From: Anolis carolinensis
Taxonomy: Eukaryota
Direction: 5' to 3'
Length of the DNA: 64,000 bases
NCBI RefSeq assembly: GCF_035594765.1
Contig: NC_085844.1
Span: 184,032,107-184,096,106, forward strand
The notes under the pieces are model-generated. The model was not told where the DNA came from, searched no databases, and was given only the letters and a program-made list of their open reading frames with translations. Position 1 is the stretch's first letter. Every line of letters starts with the position of its first letter. Shown here one piece after another: positions 1 through 14,899 of this stretch. Made by a program: the position numbers and the translations under genes.

Positions 1-1311
1 AACTGTTGCATAAGATTATTCTAGATACATTCTTGAACAGCTTTAGAGACCGTATTTCCAGTATAATAGCTACTAGTTACACTAGCATAAACACACACAT
101 GACACTTCCAGTATCATAGCTACTGTAGTTACACTAGCATAAAATACATGAAGATTTTGGCTAGGGTTTGACCGTCCAGAAGCATGCATGCCTCTGCACA
201 AGTCCAGTCATTGTCCTCTTCCTGGGAAGGAGATCCAGCTGCTAACGTTCACATTAAAAGGTGTCTGCTATCACCATTTCTTAATTCCTAACTCCACTCT
301 TGACCCAATGTCCAGTCTCTTTCAAAAGTAAAACAAAACAGAGTTGTTTTACTTCTGTTTTACCACTAGAAGGCAGCCACACAACAGAGCAATCCCAACT
401 TCTCAAGCCTATAGAAAGTAAGTGGACAATTTCATACCTCCAGGTAGTTTTTGGAATGGGGGAAAAAACCCCAACCAGCCTAGAAATCCACTTCCATTTT
501 TGTCATAATAAAGGGAAGTTAGTGTTTTATTATTTAAAATGAGATTGAGCACTCCAGAGGGCTTTCAAGAGTCACAATTCTTTTCTTGATTTCAATTTTT
601 ATAATTTGGAGGGGGGAGGTCTGGTGGGTACAGGCCATGAACAATGGCCTTGATGGTTACATGATTTCCATCCTGGTAGTAAAGCATTCATGGCTGGTTC
701 GAATTAAATGGGATACTTGTTTTGTATCCCTTTCCCCAGATTGCACCAACTGAAATCCTTTGTACGTGTGTGTAAGTGTCCCTTTTTATAGCTGTGGAAG
801 CTTTTTTTTTTTTTTGGCACGACAGTCATCACCTTTTACCAGGAAGCTCTTTGGTATGGCTGGGTTTGTCCTTATAATTTTCCAACAGGGGAACAGGGAG
901 TGGCGCTTGTTCTGTCCCCAGACCCAGTGAATTCAGGGTCTATCCAGTCTGGCTTTGCAACATTTTGGAATGTGTGTGGGGTTCTCTTTTATAAATCCTG
1001 CTCTGAAATGTGGCCCACCAGTATGGTTCCTAGCTCTGCTACTGCAAATTTGGTTTCCAGCATTCCTCACCCGTGGGCCATTATGCCCATCCCTGCTAAC
1101 ACTCCATTTTTCATGGTGATGGAGATGTGTATTACAGAGCTTTTTAAAAATAGCTACCCATTTTTGAGACACACTTTTCTAAGAATCACAGAAAATACAT
1201 TTTCTGATTGTGTGTGTAATCTGAGAATTTGATTTTCTGTAGCCTCCTGTCTGCATGGCCCTGCCCACAGTGTTGTTCTGCTAACTTGACCCATGCCTTC
1301 TTCCCTCCCAG

Positions 1312-1412
1312 ATCATCTTTGCCAAGGACGCACACTATGCACTGGAGGACTTGGCACAATCTGGGTATGATGTGATTGGTCTGGACTGGACAATCCGTCC
1401 TGAGGACGCTCG
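1312..1412 (+). CDS. UROD: Uroporphyrinogen decarboxylase, internal exon (equivalent to exon 8), [34 protein letters not shown]
   Basis: ccctcccag|ATC...GCTCG|gtgaga; 101 bp; translation matches the UROD IIFAK...GLDW motif. Confidence 0.96.
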
Positions 1413-1764
1413 GTGAGAAACTGAAGCTATCCTTTTGGGGAATGCAAGCTTACCGTTTGTAGCATTTCTAACAAGCTTTCTTTTTGCCCCATCTTCACTT
1501 TCCCCATAATATATATTAATCACATTATTGCAATTCATAGAAGCAGTGGAAAATCATGAGCCTACATGAAAGGGCACTGTGGTAGCAGCAGATACTATGC
1601 TCGGTCCATTCTGGTGTGGGTGCAAAAAGTTCCTTTATTGGGTATTTCCTAGAACAGAGCTGGTAGACCTGCCTGCTTCCAGAGGTTCCTTAGTCCCAAT
1701 TTCCATTAGTCTAACCTATCTTACCTATTGAATGGTGAGGGGAGCAACAATTCAGCATCTGGAG

Positions 1765-1900
1765 TAGGCATTCTCAAACTGCAGCCTTACGGTTTTTTGG
1801 GCCTCCAACTCCCAGAAGCCTTTCTTAGCTTGTTAAATGGTCAGGAATTCTGGGAGTTGGAGACCCAAACAGCTGGAGGGTCAGAGTTTGAGGATGTCTG
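1765..1900. mobile_element. hAT (Charlie-type) MITE nested in an older degraded MITE
   Basis: TIRs taggcattctcaaact / agtttgaggatgtctg; perfect 8-bp TSD ATCTGGAG (1757-1764, 1901-1908). Confidence 0.8.
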
Positions 1901-2392
1901 ATCTGGAGGAAAAGCCACATTCCCTACTCACCTGACATTGGGGAAAATAGATACATGCTCCTTTTTTAAAAAGAGGTTGGAGTGAGGCAGTGCTACAGAA
2001 TGGTGTTTTGAAATACCCTTGAATGCCTTCTTTCCCAGGAAGATTGGTTAAAATGAGCCTTTATAGTAGATAGGACAGACTGCCCCAGGCTTCAGAAGCC
2101 AAAGGAAGGCTAGAGACTACGGAAGGGAAATGATCAGCTGGACCCAATATAATAAAATCTGCATTCTAACTGGGATTAGCCAGATCATCTTTGGAACCTA
2201 TATGGAAAAATGGGTTGGAGGTGGGAGTCCCCAGTTTGTCCTTAGCACCTGGTAAGTAGAGGTGTGCAACCACGTTTGGCTGTTCTAGCTCCTTGCTGTA
2301 AAATCAGCTGACCTCGCTACTTTCAGCACACATTGTTGCAATGAATTCCATTAAATAAATTCTATTAATACATGTACTTCTTTCTATTTCAG

Positions 2393-2459
2393 CCAACGTA
2401 TAGGAAAGGATATTACCTTACAAGGGAATTTGGACCCATGTGCTCTTTATGCCCCAAAG
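2393..2459 (+). CDS. UROD: UROD penultimate exon, (R)QRIGKDITLQGNLDPCALYAPK
   Basis: tttctatttcag|C...AAG|gtaaag; 67 bp; phase 2 continues the previous exon; LQGNLDP motif. Confidence 0.96.
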
Positions 2460-3009
2460 GTAAAGCAACTGGCGCATAACACTCTCTTTTACAATAAATG
2501 CTGTCTGTGCTATTGGATGGTGAAAGCAAAGGACAGTTACAGTACATTTTGCCAGCTGTGGCAGGTTAACAAAACTGGCAAAGCACTTGGCAATGCTGTT
2601 GCCTGTAGTGCATTTGAGGATAAGTACCTTTATATACAAGTGCATATGATATGACAAATTGATGATTTTGCAGTTAGGAGCCTGATGAACTTTTTCAGCT
2701 TGGGCAAACTGGGCTTAGTCATAAACCAGACTTTTTCCAAAGCATAGATTCAAAATAAGGTTGGATGAAAAGTATGGGTAGTTCCAGCCCATTGTTTTAC
2801 ATGTGGCTTGACATGGCAAATTAGGAAAAGGTGTGTATGGGAGATGTCCATGCACATGGGATCCTCCTAATTATCAATGACTTTGAGGACAAAAAGGACC
2901 CATGTCTGGATTGAGCTTCTGAAGTGTTCCCATGCCTAAAGGTAGTGGTTGCGGAGTACGATCTAACCTTCCTTAACTTTCTTGTCATCTAACTTATGTT
3001 TCTTGTTAG

Positions 3010-3174
3010 GAGAAGATTGGGGAGCTGGTGAAAAGGATGTTGGACGGCTTCGGCACACAGCGATATATTGCGAATCTGGGCCACGGTCTCTATCCTGACA
3101 TGAGTCCAGAACATGTGGGGGCCTTTGTGGATGCTGTCCATGCACACTCTCGCCACCTCAATAAACATAATTAA
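3010..3174 (+). CDS. UROD: UROD terminal coding exon, [54 protein letters not shown]
   Basis: tcttgttag|GAG; YIANLGHG motif; TAA at 3172-3174. Confidence 0.96.
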   Translation, partial: EKIGELVKRMLDGFGTQRYIANLGHGLYPDMSPEHVGAFVDAVHAHSRHLNKHN

Positions 3175-3358
3175 AACTTTGGTGAGCAAGCTCCATTATG
3201 GATGGAGGAGAATGTACTGATCAAACCAAGTGTCTGCACAGGAAGAGTGGATCCGGCTGTGATGGCTCCAAAGTCAATACTGAGGCACCGACAAGGGAAA
3301 GGTGTTGGTTTTTAGTGGTATGCCATTAAAACATCCTGGTCTCCACTCGTACTGGCCC

Positions 3359-3381
3359 TGTGTGTGTGTGTGTGTGTGTGT
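3359..3381. repeat. (TG)n microsatellite downstream of the UROD stop
   Basis: Direct reading. Confidence 0.95.
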
Positions 3382-3395
3382 CACAAAGGAAAAGA

Positions 3396-3615
3396 AATAA
3401 ATCAGCCTCTAAAATGGAATTCTTGAACCCTATCTTGTTTGTGAAGGCTACAAAGCTTATCTGACATGAGTGCAGATCCACTCTTGTTTTGTGAACACTT
3501 TTTGCTGTAACTGGACATGCTTGCTCACCACTGCAGTGTTTGTGTTTGGCCGTTTCTACTGTCTGTCCAAATCATATCATCAAATTCAAATGTTATAGTG
3601 CTTTTACAGATTAAA
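3396..3615 (+). terminator. Candidate UROD polyadenylation signals: AATAAA 3396-3401 and ATTAAA 3610-3615
   Basis: Hexamers downstream of the UROD stop; which one is used cannot be read from sequence. Confidence 0.45.
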
Positions 3616-3807
3616 ATCTGTGCACAAGAGTAATGCTGCCTTGTGGGATGGGGAAAATATGGGGAAGAGCGTAGAAGGATTGTAGCCTACTGTCCATCTG
3701 TGTAGAGTTTCAGAGGTCTGTTCTGCAGGATGAGCATGTTCCAACACAAGGTCAACTCAAGATGTGCCTAAATCTCCCTGTAGTTTAACCATGAATACCT
3801 TGCCAAT

Positions 3808-4057
3808 TTTTTTTTTTCATGTCCGGAGTGACTTGAGAAACTGCAAGTCACTTCTGGTGTGAGAGAATTGGCCATCTGCAAGGACTTTGCCCAGGGGACG
3901 CCCGGATGTTTGATGTTTTACCATTCTGTGGGAGGGTTCTCTCCTGTCCCCACATGGGGAGCTAAAGCTGACAGACAGGAGCTCACACTGCTCCCCGGAT
4001 TCGAACCGCCGACCTTTCAGTCAATAGTCCTGCCCTCATTGCGCCACTGGGGACTCC
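3808..4057 (-). mobile_element. tRNA-derived SINE (Anolis SINE2 type)
   Basis: B-box ggttcgaatcc on the - strand; poly(A) tail; 11-bp TSD ACCTTGCCAAT (3797-3807, 4058-4068); homologous to copies at 14070, 54104 and 62723. Confidence 0.88.
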
Positions 4058-4309
4058 ACCTTGCCAATGCAGTAATGGGAACCATGGTGCAGAAAGAGGT
4101 ACACTAACTATTCTTCTTCTAGAGAGACTGGAGCTATACATTTTGAAAATGTTGGTATAATGATTTAGATTTAGACGGTTGCACTGACTTGACTTCTCAC
4201 CACTTGCAGCTGTTACCTTTGAACAGTTCTCTTTTCAGAGTTTGAGAACCAGGCTTGGACTAAGACATTTTTGCTGCCTGAACAGCAAACGCACCACTAA
4301 ACCTCTTTA

Positions 4310-6042
4310 CAACCAAAACAAGCCAATTTATTCAAGAGCTCAAGAGAAATCAAGCAATGACAAAACAATTTCCTGCCCTTATAATACCCAAAATCTGTTG
4401 CCCGAGGGGTTCACTTCAGTTTGCCTAATGGTAATCTTGTTTCTAATTGGCACTACTATCTGAGTGACAAAGGAATGACTGGAGTAATACAGAAAGGGCA
4501 TGGACATCTTTCTTCCTTTTTTATTAAACATGTCAAGAAGTTGTACACACAAAATTAAGTAAGGAGTCAAGACGTGAAGAATGATACTTCTATGGCAACA
4601 AATACTGGGTGAACTGGATTTGCCTGGCCTTGAGACCAGTTTCTTAGGATTCTTAAAAAAAAAGGGAGTTAGACAGTAGGTAACTTTAATCCACATTTCC
4701 TAAACTACATGTCATCCCAATCCCTGCCCGCCCACTACCCAAGTCCTTCCCGGCTCCTTTTAAAACTAGGACACATCGGAGCAGGAAACACAAAGACAAC
4801 TGGAATAAGGAAGAGCTGCTTGCCTCCTGCAACATTCCCTTCATTTCACTGGAAGATCTTATTTTTAAAAAATAAGATTACTGGTAAACAGTGATGGGGA
4901 GTGGAAGGGGAAGCTGTCCTCAGGAGGGCACCAGCCTTTGCAGTTGCAGCCAAAGGCAACAACTGACCAATGGAACTGAAAATGCAGCCATAAGCAAATG
5001 GGAATGGGTTTCCTGCTCCCCACCTGCATAAAGAAAGGATAGAACCCTTTCCACGTGCATGTTGAGAGGTATGCAAGTCTTACACGCATCCATTCATCCA
5101 TCCGCACATTGAGAAAGGCCAAAATAGATTATTTACACTATGTGCCCAACTGTTTCACAGATAGATACTTGACTTCCTGGGATCATTGTACTCCATACTT
5201 GGAACCACAGTACAAACCAGCAGACACAGGAAGAGAATTACAGTTGATTCTGCCAGTGGGCCAAGTCTGCACCTTGACAGTCTTGATACGCTGAAGAGGT
5301 GCCTCTGGCTTTGCCGGTGCTGGCTTGGTCTCTCTTCCAAGTCTGCTGCATCCTGGCAGTTCTGCATAAGCTCTGGATTTATGGCCATTTGCCAGATACC
5401 ACCCACCCGTCCCCTTCTTTGCCGACGGTGCTGGGGGAAAAAAACCTGAGAAATGTTCACATTTCTCATGTTCAGAAATGCTTAACAAGAAAAAAAGAAA
5501 TATATATATATATATCAGCCCACAACACATTTCAAGTATTCCCCCAAACAAAAAGAGAATAATTATAAATAATTAGAACTTTACAATTTAATAATTGACA
5601 CATATACTATTGTATTTACAGTATCATAAATGCTTCTGTTACTTTTAGTAAAGCACTCCCTGAGAACAGTTAATGTTAGGTTTTTAATTAAGGGTCTTCA
5701 CTTGTACATACACACAAAAAATTGTGATTTTTTTTGCCAGTCTTGGCAGGTTGTACACCTCACAAGGCCACCAGCTGGCAACACAAGAGGCTGAACAATA
5801 TAGTTCCTTGTCTCCTTTGCAGTGGCTTGCTTTTCAGCCTCCATCCAGCTTGCCCTTTGGGAAAGAGGTATTCAACTTTCAGGTTAGCTTTTGGTATTGC
5901 CGAGGTGTTTGTGAGTGAGTTGTGGGTGGGAAGCAAACCTTTCCAGCTGTGTTGCTTTTGGTATGTGTTCCTCAAAGACTTTGGGGATCCTCTTGCCCCA
6001 TAAGAATGATTTCACCAACTATGATCAGGGTTTTCTTCTTCC
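4310..6042 (-). other. ZSWIM5: Probable ZSWIM5 3' UTR (~1.7 kb)
   Basis: Segment with no recognisable TE between the stop codon and the AATAAA signals; contains TGTAAATA motifs. Confidence 0.6.
4327..4332 (-). terminator. Likely distal ZSWIM5 poly(A) signal AATAAA (second AATAAA at 4525-4520)
   Basis: AATAAA on the - strand followed by a GU/U-rich tract (ttggcttgttttggttgt...gtggtgcgtttgctgttc). Confidence 0.6.
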
Positions 6043-6933
<891 letters not shown>

Positions 6934-7450
6934 CTAATAATAAAACAGCAACATGATATTGAAATGCTTGAGTACAGAGTGATGACAAAGAACTGATCAC
7001 GAACTGTATTTTCTCTTTTAATTAGAGCAGAAAGATGGGAGGAGTATTAATTATTCCATGTGTACCGTGCTTCAGCAATGTTTCCTAGATTAGTAACAGC
7101 CTAACATTTTATCCTCAGCTTTAATGACTGATCATGATTTTTCTACATTGACAACTTGAGTTACCAATCAAGATTGCTATGGAAGTCTAATGACTGGTCT
7201 GATGGCAAGAAGACCTTTACCTGGTTGATGGATTTGTTTGGTATGTATATCACATAGAATGTATCCAACATCACACTTTCTGAACGTGAATGAAATCTAA
7301 GTGGATGTCAAATCTATATAAAAATTTGGGGAAATGTGTACCCCAAAATGTATATACTTAAGTAAAAATATTTTGGAATCCTGTTGTTTATATTCATGAA
7401 TATTATGTGCCCTTTTGTTCTTTCATCATTGTTGCATAGGGAGGCCTTCC

Positions 7451-8720
7451 CTATTCAACAATGATAACATGATGGCAACAGTCTTGCATAGCAATGGCTC
7501 CCAAAGTGACCTATTTAAGATGGAATCAGGTGTCAAACATGCTGTTATTGCTCCAACCTTATTTTCCATATTCATCACTATGATACTTCATCTTGTTGAT
7601 GGGAAGCTCCCCACCAGCGTGGAAATCATCTATTGGATAGATGGCAAGCTATTTAATCTCAGCAGACTGAAAGCCAAAACCAAGGTCACACCAATATTTG
7701 TTATAGAATTCCAATATGCTGATGATAATGTAGTCTGTGTTCATTCAGAAGACCTACAAGCCATTCTAAATATCTTTGCAGAAGCATACGAAAACCTTGG
7801 AATTTCACTGAACATTGAGAAAACCTGAGTGCTCTATCAGCAGGCACCAGCCAATCCCTCTGTAATGCCAGAAATACAGCTTAATGGCATACCATTAGAA
7901 AAATGTTCACCATTTCTGCTACTTTGGCAGCCACCACTCCACAAAAGTCAACATTGACACTGAAATGCAACACCGCCTGAACTCTGCGAGTGCATCATTT
8001 TTTAAAATGAAGCAGAGAGTGTTTGAGGATCAGGACATTCGTAGGGATACCAAGATGCTTGTTTATAATGCTGTTGTCCTCCCAACCCTGTTATACACCT
8101 GTGAAACGTGGACTGTGTATAGACGTCACACTCAACTTCTGGAACAATTCAATCAACATTGCCTCTGAAAAATCCTGCAAATCTCTTGGGAAAATAGGTG
8201 GAAAAATATCAGCGTGCTGGAAGAAGCAAAGACCATGAGCACTGAAGTGATTATACTCCACCATCAACTCCGCTGGACTGGCCACGTTGTCCGAATATCT
8301 GATCACCATCTCCCAAAGCAGTTACTATACTCTCAACTCAAGAACAGAAAACGGAATGTTGGTGGACAAGAAAAGGAATGTAAAGATGGGCTTAAAGCCA
8401 ACCTTTAAAACTGTGGCATAGACACTGAAACCTGGGAAGTCCTGGCACTTGAGCATCCTAACTGGAGGTCAGCTGTGATCAGCAGTGCTATAGAATTAGA
8501 AGTGGCACAAACAGAGGGCGAAAGGGAGAACGTGTCAAGAAGAAGGCGTGTCAAGCCAACCCTGACCGAGACCGCCTTCCATCTGGAAATCGATGCCCTC
8601 ATTACAAAAAAATTGTGGCTCAAGAATAGGTCTCTATAGCCACCTATGGACCCACCACAAAGACCCTACACTTGGAAGGCAATCATACTTGGCTGTGAGT
8701 AATAGCCTATGATGATGATG
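7451..8720 (+). mobile_element. 5'-truncated, frameshifted RTE-clade LINE (RT C-terminal half plus 3' tail)
   Basis: ORF pieces PTLFSIF...DGKLFNLSRLKAKTK...QYADD, LRWTGHVVRI; (TGA)n tail at ~8710-8720; degenerate flanking repeat atagggagg/ataaggagg. Confidence 0.9.
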
Positions 8721-8885
8721 ATAAGGAGGTTTCCAGAAACATGCCATGTAGCTTGGTAATGGACAGGTGTCAAACCAGTATCCAGGAGAAAAATACAGCC
8801 TTTCCTGCTTCAGACAGGAATAGTACCTGAATAGGGAGTAAGTAAAAGAAATGGTTTGAATGCTCAAAGTGCTGTGCGAATACTA

Positions 8886-9098
<213 letters not shown>

Positions 9099-9461
9099 CT
9101 AAAGCAGAACATGAAGGGAGGGTAATCATTTTTCTCAGGTGGTTACTAAGCACAGTTGCACTTTCCTAGATCAACTTATTCAGAAATTGGACTAAAGCCA
9201 CCAGATGTCTTTCTGCTATTAAAGATTATCAGTGTAGGCCTCATGATCAACCTTGATGGGAGACCATCTGAAAACAGTTCTTAAGACAACTTCTTTGAAG
9301 GCACTGTATAAGTTTAAATTTAAGATTAAGTGTGTAAGAACACCTAAAGAGGGGAAAAGTAGCCAAAGCACAACTTACATTCAGTGGTTTCATACAAATA
9401 AACATTATATTTCTCTTCTGTTTTTTTTTTTAACTCACTTTCAAGTTGGGCCTCAAAACTA

Positions 9462-9776
<315 letters not shown>

Positions 9777-12700
9777 TTATCCTATAACTTTGCTAGGGAG
9801 AAATCAAATGAAGTGCTCATGTAGGTGCAGAACACACAAAAGAGACATCCTGAATTGAAGAGAAAAAAACCTTTTTATTTTGATCCTTTGATCCTTCAAT
9901 GCTTGCCTGAATTCCCCCAATTCTACTGTTCCAAACTGAAGCAAATATCCCAGGGTGTTCCACTGTACGTTCTGGCTCTGGAATGAAAGTGAGGTACTTG
10001 GGCACTTGAACACTGTACAAAAGTCTGCTGCTGCCAGCAATTTTGCCCTGTCATCAACAGCATGGCCTTTACTGTCAGGAAACTTTGGACTCAAAACCAA
10101 AGCTTGGAGAAATCACCTTTTTTGGACCATAACACACAGAATCCTTCAGACGGGGCAATTTAGAAAGTTAGGGTTATTAAAAATAATGTTAAAAATAAAA
10201 GGGAATGTTTGTTTAGTGATTTAAGGCACAGCTGTTACAAAAATAATGTTAAAAAGAAAAGGGATGTTTTCCAAATACTAACTATACTTATTGCTATTTG
10301 GTTAACAAGAAACTGCAAATTCAAAAGTGGCAGCTCCTGTTCTTCTATGCTAGCTTTAGGCTTTCCAATTAGCATCTTACTGGTCAGTGTTGGAAACGCA
10401 ATGCTGGCGTTGATGGGCCCTCTGTCTATTGTAGGATGGCACATCTTAGATTTTTAAGTGCAGCAGTAAAGTTTTAAGCATATAGTCAGTCCTCCACATT
10501 TGAGAGTGGAACTGTGGTTCTTGTAATAAAGTGATTAAAAATAACAGTTCCCAGTCTCTAATGCTTCAAATGTTAAGAGATTTCAGCTCTGAGAATTTCT
10601 CAACACTAACCATACTGGTTGAGTTGAGACAAGAGAGGTGAAGTCCAAAAGATCTGGAAGACCAAAGGTTGAAAACTACTAGACTAAAGTAAAGCTTTTC
10701 AGATAAATATTTGCTAGAAAGATAACTGGAATCACAGTTATCTGTAGCATAATTTAAAATGTCATTAAAGAGCACTTGCAAAATAGGCTTTCTGTATAGT
10801 AGAACAGACACCACTAAATGATGAATGGCATTTTCTTTGTTAAGGCTGAAGAAAGGCAATCCTAAAAATAGAAAACTAAAATAAAAGGTGGGGGTTTAAC
10901 CTGGATATTTAGAGAGTAGTAGGACTCTGAAAGGGAGGATATTATTTTTGCCAAAAACAGCTGGAATTTCAAAACAGAACAGTAATGACAAATGGCAAAA
11001 GCACAATCTGCTCATGTTAGAAGTAAATAATAGTATTTCCTATCTCTTTCATAACACAGCCAACTACCATTTTGCTCTTTACTCCAATCATTGGGTGAGG
11101 TGGCCAGGGAATGCACACCAACGGTCACGTCCAGCAATTGCACTGGAGGTCAGGACATTTTATTCTGACATGTATCACAGCTTTCCTAAAAGGTTCGCAA
11201 TGAGTTATAATACTGAAACCAAAGCACCAACACTCGCCAAGTAAGCAAAACGTAGCTGTGCTTAATATTTATTTTCTGGCCCATCAACAATTAAAGCATA
11301 ATATCATTTACAAACATCCAAAAACATTTTTAGTAGACTTAATGAATAGAGAAATTATATTAGTTATTATCAGTCAGACATTGAGGACTTAAAAATGGGC
11401 TTTTCAAAAGCCAGGTCAAGTTTGTTAAATTTGCTAGGAGCTGCTATTTTCTGAAGTTGCTTACTTCCTGCGATAGTACTTTGTGTGAAATCAAGACAAA
11501 GGTCACAGAAACAGAAATGCTTGAACCACAAAATCTAAAGCCTGGCTTTTTTGTTTCCTCGAGTAGTCAGCATCCAGTCGGTCCAACTAGTGAAGCCAAG
11601 TGGATAGGAATTATCCCTGCCATCTAAACAGGTCACAGATAGGGATATTGCCAATTGACTCATGGCAAAAAAACAGAACAGTAAAGAATACTGCCTTCCA
11701 TGCCAGTCTAGAGGAAACAATGTCAACTAAAGGAGAGTACTGGCAGGTTTACAGGTAGAAATCACTGTACCATTTGGTGACTTGTTGTCTGAACTAGTTG
11801 TTATTTTATGGTGATTCCTGTTTAGACCATATGATGTCAAAGGACTGTTCCAATCTTCTCTGCATGTTTATATATCAGCAAAATCTAGTATTTACCTGGC
11901 CTACCTACTTCTTTTCAGAATTGTCCCCTTCCTGGCAACCCTTATTAAATTAGGAGCACAGCCAAGATACAGGTCCTGTTTCAGAGGTAGAGTAAAGGCA
12001 TCCCAAACCAATTAGCCAAGAAACATAAATGAGGATAACATCTGACACAGGAAGCGAGGGGCTTTCAAGCTTTTACAAAGTATGCTAAAGCTAAAGAAAT
12101 CACTTCCAGCTGCTCCCAAGTACAATGAAGACAAACATTTTGCTTGTCAGCAATAGTGTGAACTCAGATCACAGTAAAGAGAAAAACAGGGCAGAAAAAG
12201 AAGGGAAAGTCTCCCCCATCTATGGTTTACAGCAGGGGATGACAATTGGGCAGTTTTCCATCCTCAGCCCCCCTCAGGCTATTTCCTCATTTGAGTGTGC
12301 TAAAATACCCGGTTGTCCTTTTGTTTCTGCATCAAAATGATGCCCAGAAATTCCACTGTGGCACTTGCAGTAGCCATTTGGAAGGAGAACTGAAGAAAAG
12401 GCAAGAGGTGTATGAGTTAGTGTTTGGGGAAATTTGGGGAGTATTTCACTCAAAATCATATTTTAAAAAATCAGGAACTTCAGATTCACAGAGGTGTTGC
12501 TGGGGTGGGATGTGGTCCCCTGTGTGGAAATGTGCCTGTGAGAGCATCTGTGTGGGCCCACATGCTCTACAGAAGAAAACATAACAAATGTCACAGAACT
12601 AATATAGTTGGTTCCCACGTCCATCCTTCTTTTCACTTCCTGGCACCCAGAGTCAATTGTTTATCTTCCTGCTTCCTTCCTCACTTCTCTGGCCATTGCT

Positions 12701-13237
12701 TTCCAAACACTCTTTCCTGCCATTAATTCCCCAAGACCCCCGAGAGTTTCTGTGATATGAGACTAATCTAGTAATTGCCCTCATCCCAAGGAGAAAAGTT
12801 AGCCTCTATGGCTGTACAGTGCCAGCAGAAAAGTTGATATTCCAAGGTGGGCATGGTACAGACTCTCAGTCAACTAGATTAGCTGAATCCCTTCCTTCTT
12901 CTGGCAAAAGGTGGTGATTGTGTGCGTGTCTTTTCTCTCCTGAATTTCTAGGAGTAGTATTTTATCTTTTTAACTAGGTTACAGATTCCCTCTGTGGTTT
13001 TTTTATTTTTAAAACATCATTGTTGAAGAACCGGAAGTAGACTTCCAGTCACTTTCAAGTATGTTTGTTTTGCATTCAGGAGCAGCTGTGGCGAGCTATG
13101 TCGTTCCTGGAAAGTACTAGGATAGAAGACTCATTCCAGTTGTCCACCTTGTACTACCAGTATCTAGAGTAATTTCATATTCCTAGAATTTTTTTCAGGT
13201 ATGAGTTTCCAGCGGTGATTCTACAAGAGGCTTGTCA

Positions 13238-13423
<186 letters not shown>

Positions 13424-14069
13424 TCAGGTCTATAAATGAGCACCTGTCAATGGGTCATAATCTTTTCCATCTTGTTTGCTCCCAATATGCTGGTGTTAAA
13501 AACTACATGGAAAACCCTTCAAGGGATTTTACAACATATGGACGCAAGACCAGGCTTAAGGAAACTTGAAAGGCTGCTAGAGAACTGAGGAGTGATTTAT
13601 AAACTTGTAAAGAAAAATGTAAGTTTAGAAACATCCCCATCTTGTGCTTTTATGTCAAAGCCAACCATGATTTGCTCAGATGTCATCTGGTTTTGCTTAG
13701 CACTAGGCAGGGGGAGGTGGTCGTCGCTTGCTCCAGGGCATCTGTTGCACTTTGGAGCTACCTGCCCACATGCTTGCATTTAAAGGCCTTTGAGAATCTA
13801 AGAAACAGGAAGCCGGAACTCTCTCATACTCAGTTCTGCTTGCAAAGAAAGACAGCATTTACTACTTACACCTGACAGCTTACTGCATTCATTAGTATGC
13901 CCTTGCCAATAAGGATGGCAGATGAACCAATCAAGAAACAAATTACACTCAAAACAACCAAGAGCCCTACGGCACCTTAAAGTACAGTAGACAAAGTGTG
14001 CCCTGCACCACATGACCTCTTTTGAAAAAGAAATAAAAAATGAAAAGGCCCTTCACATTGCCTAAGGGA

Positions 14070-14361
14070 GGAGCCCCTGGTGGCGCAGTGGATTAAACTC
14101 TTGTGCTGGCAGGACTGATGACTTGAAGGTTGAGTTGCTGACCTGAAGGTTGCCGGTTCGAATCCAACTCAGGGAGAGTGCAGATGAGCTCCCTCTATCA
14201 GCTCCAGCTCCATGCGGGGACATGAGAGAAGCTTCCCATAAGGATGGTAAAAACATCAAAAATATCCAGGTGTCCCCTGGGCAATATCCTTGCAGATGAC
14301 CAATTCTCTCATACCAGAAGCGACTTGCAGTTTCTCAAGTCATTCTTGACATGAAAAAAAA
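14070..14361 (+). mobile_element. tRNA-derived SINE (Anolis SINE2 type), full length
   Basis: A-box tggcgcagtgg; B-box ggttcgaatcc; gcgacttgcagtttctcaagtc 3' end; A tail. Confidence 0.88.
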
Positions 14362-14677
14362 TGTCTAAGAGGAAGAGACAATGTGGCCCCCTGATGCAAG
14401 CAAACCTCAATACCATTTTGTAGCTCTAACCGATTTCTAGGAAGAACCCTGTTTTCTAGCAGGTAATTTTATTTACTGTCACTTTTTGTTGAAAACAAGT
14501 GATGAAATAAGACAACTGTACCTCTTCTTTCTCAAAAAGTAAAAGGTATGCAAATTCTTTCTCTGTAAAAACATGCCAGAAAAACCTGCAACAATTAGAA
14601 TGCAGGAAAATTTGGTGGAGGAAGGACAGGGAATTAAAACCTTCAGCAAACTTTAGGAAAATTATCCATAATTTTTA

Positions 14678-14899
<222 letters not shown>

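Noticed and set aside
6979-7000. GTGATGA...CTGA C/D-box-like pair
   Set aside because: Boxes only ~8 nt apart and antisense to the host gene; too small for a snoRNA
7415-8408. Functional reverse transcriptase gene
   Set aside because: 5'-truncated, with several stops and frameshifts
14070-14170. tRNA gene (A and B boxes)
   Set aside because: Head of a multi-copy SINE; no cloverleaf; the same applies at 45051, 62723 and 4057
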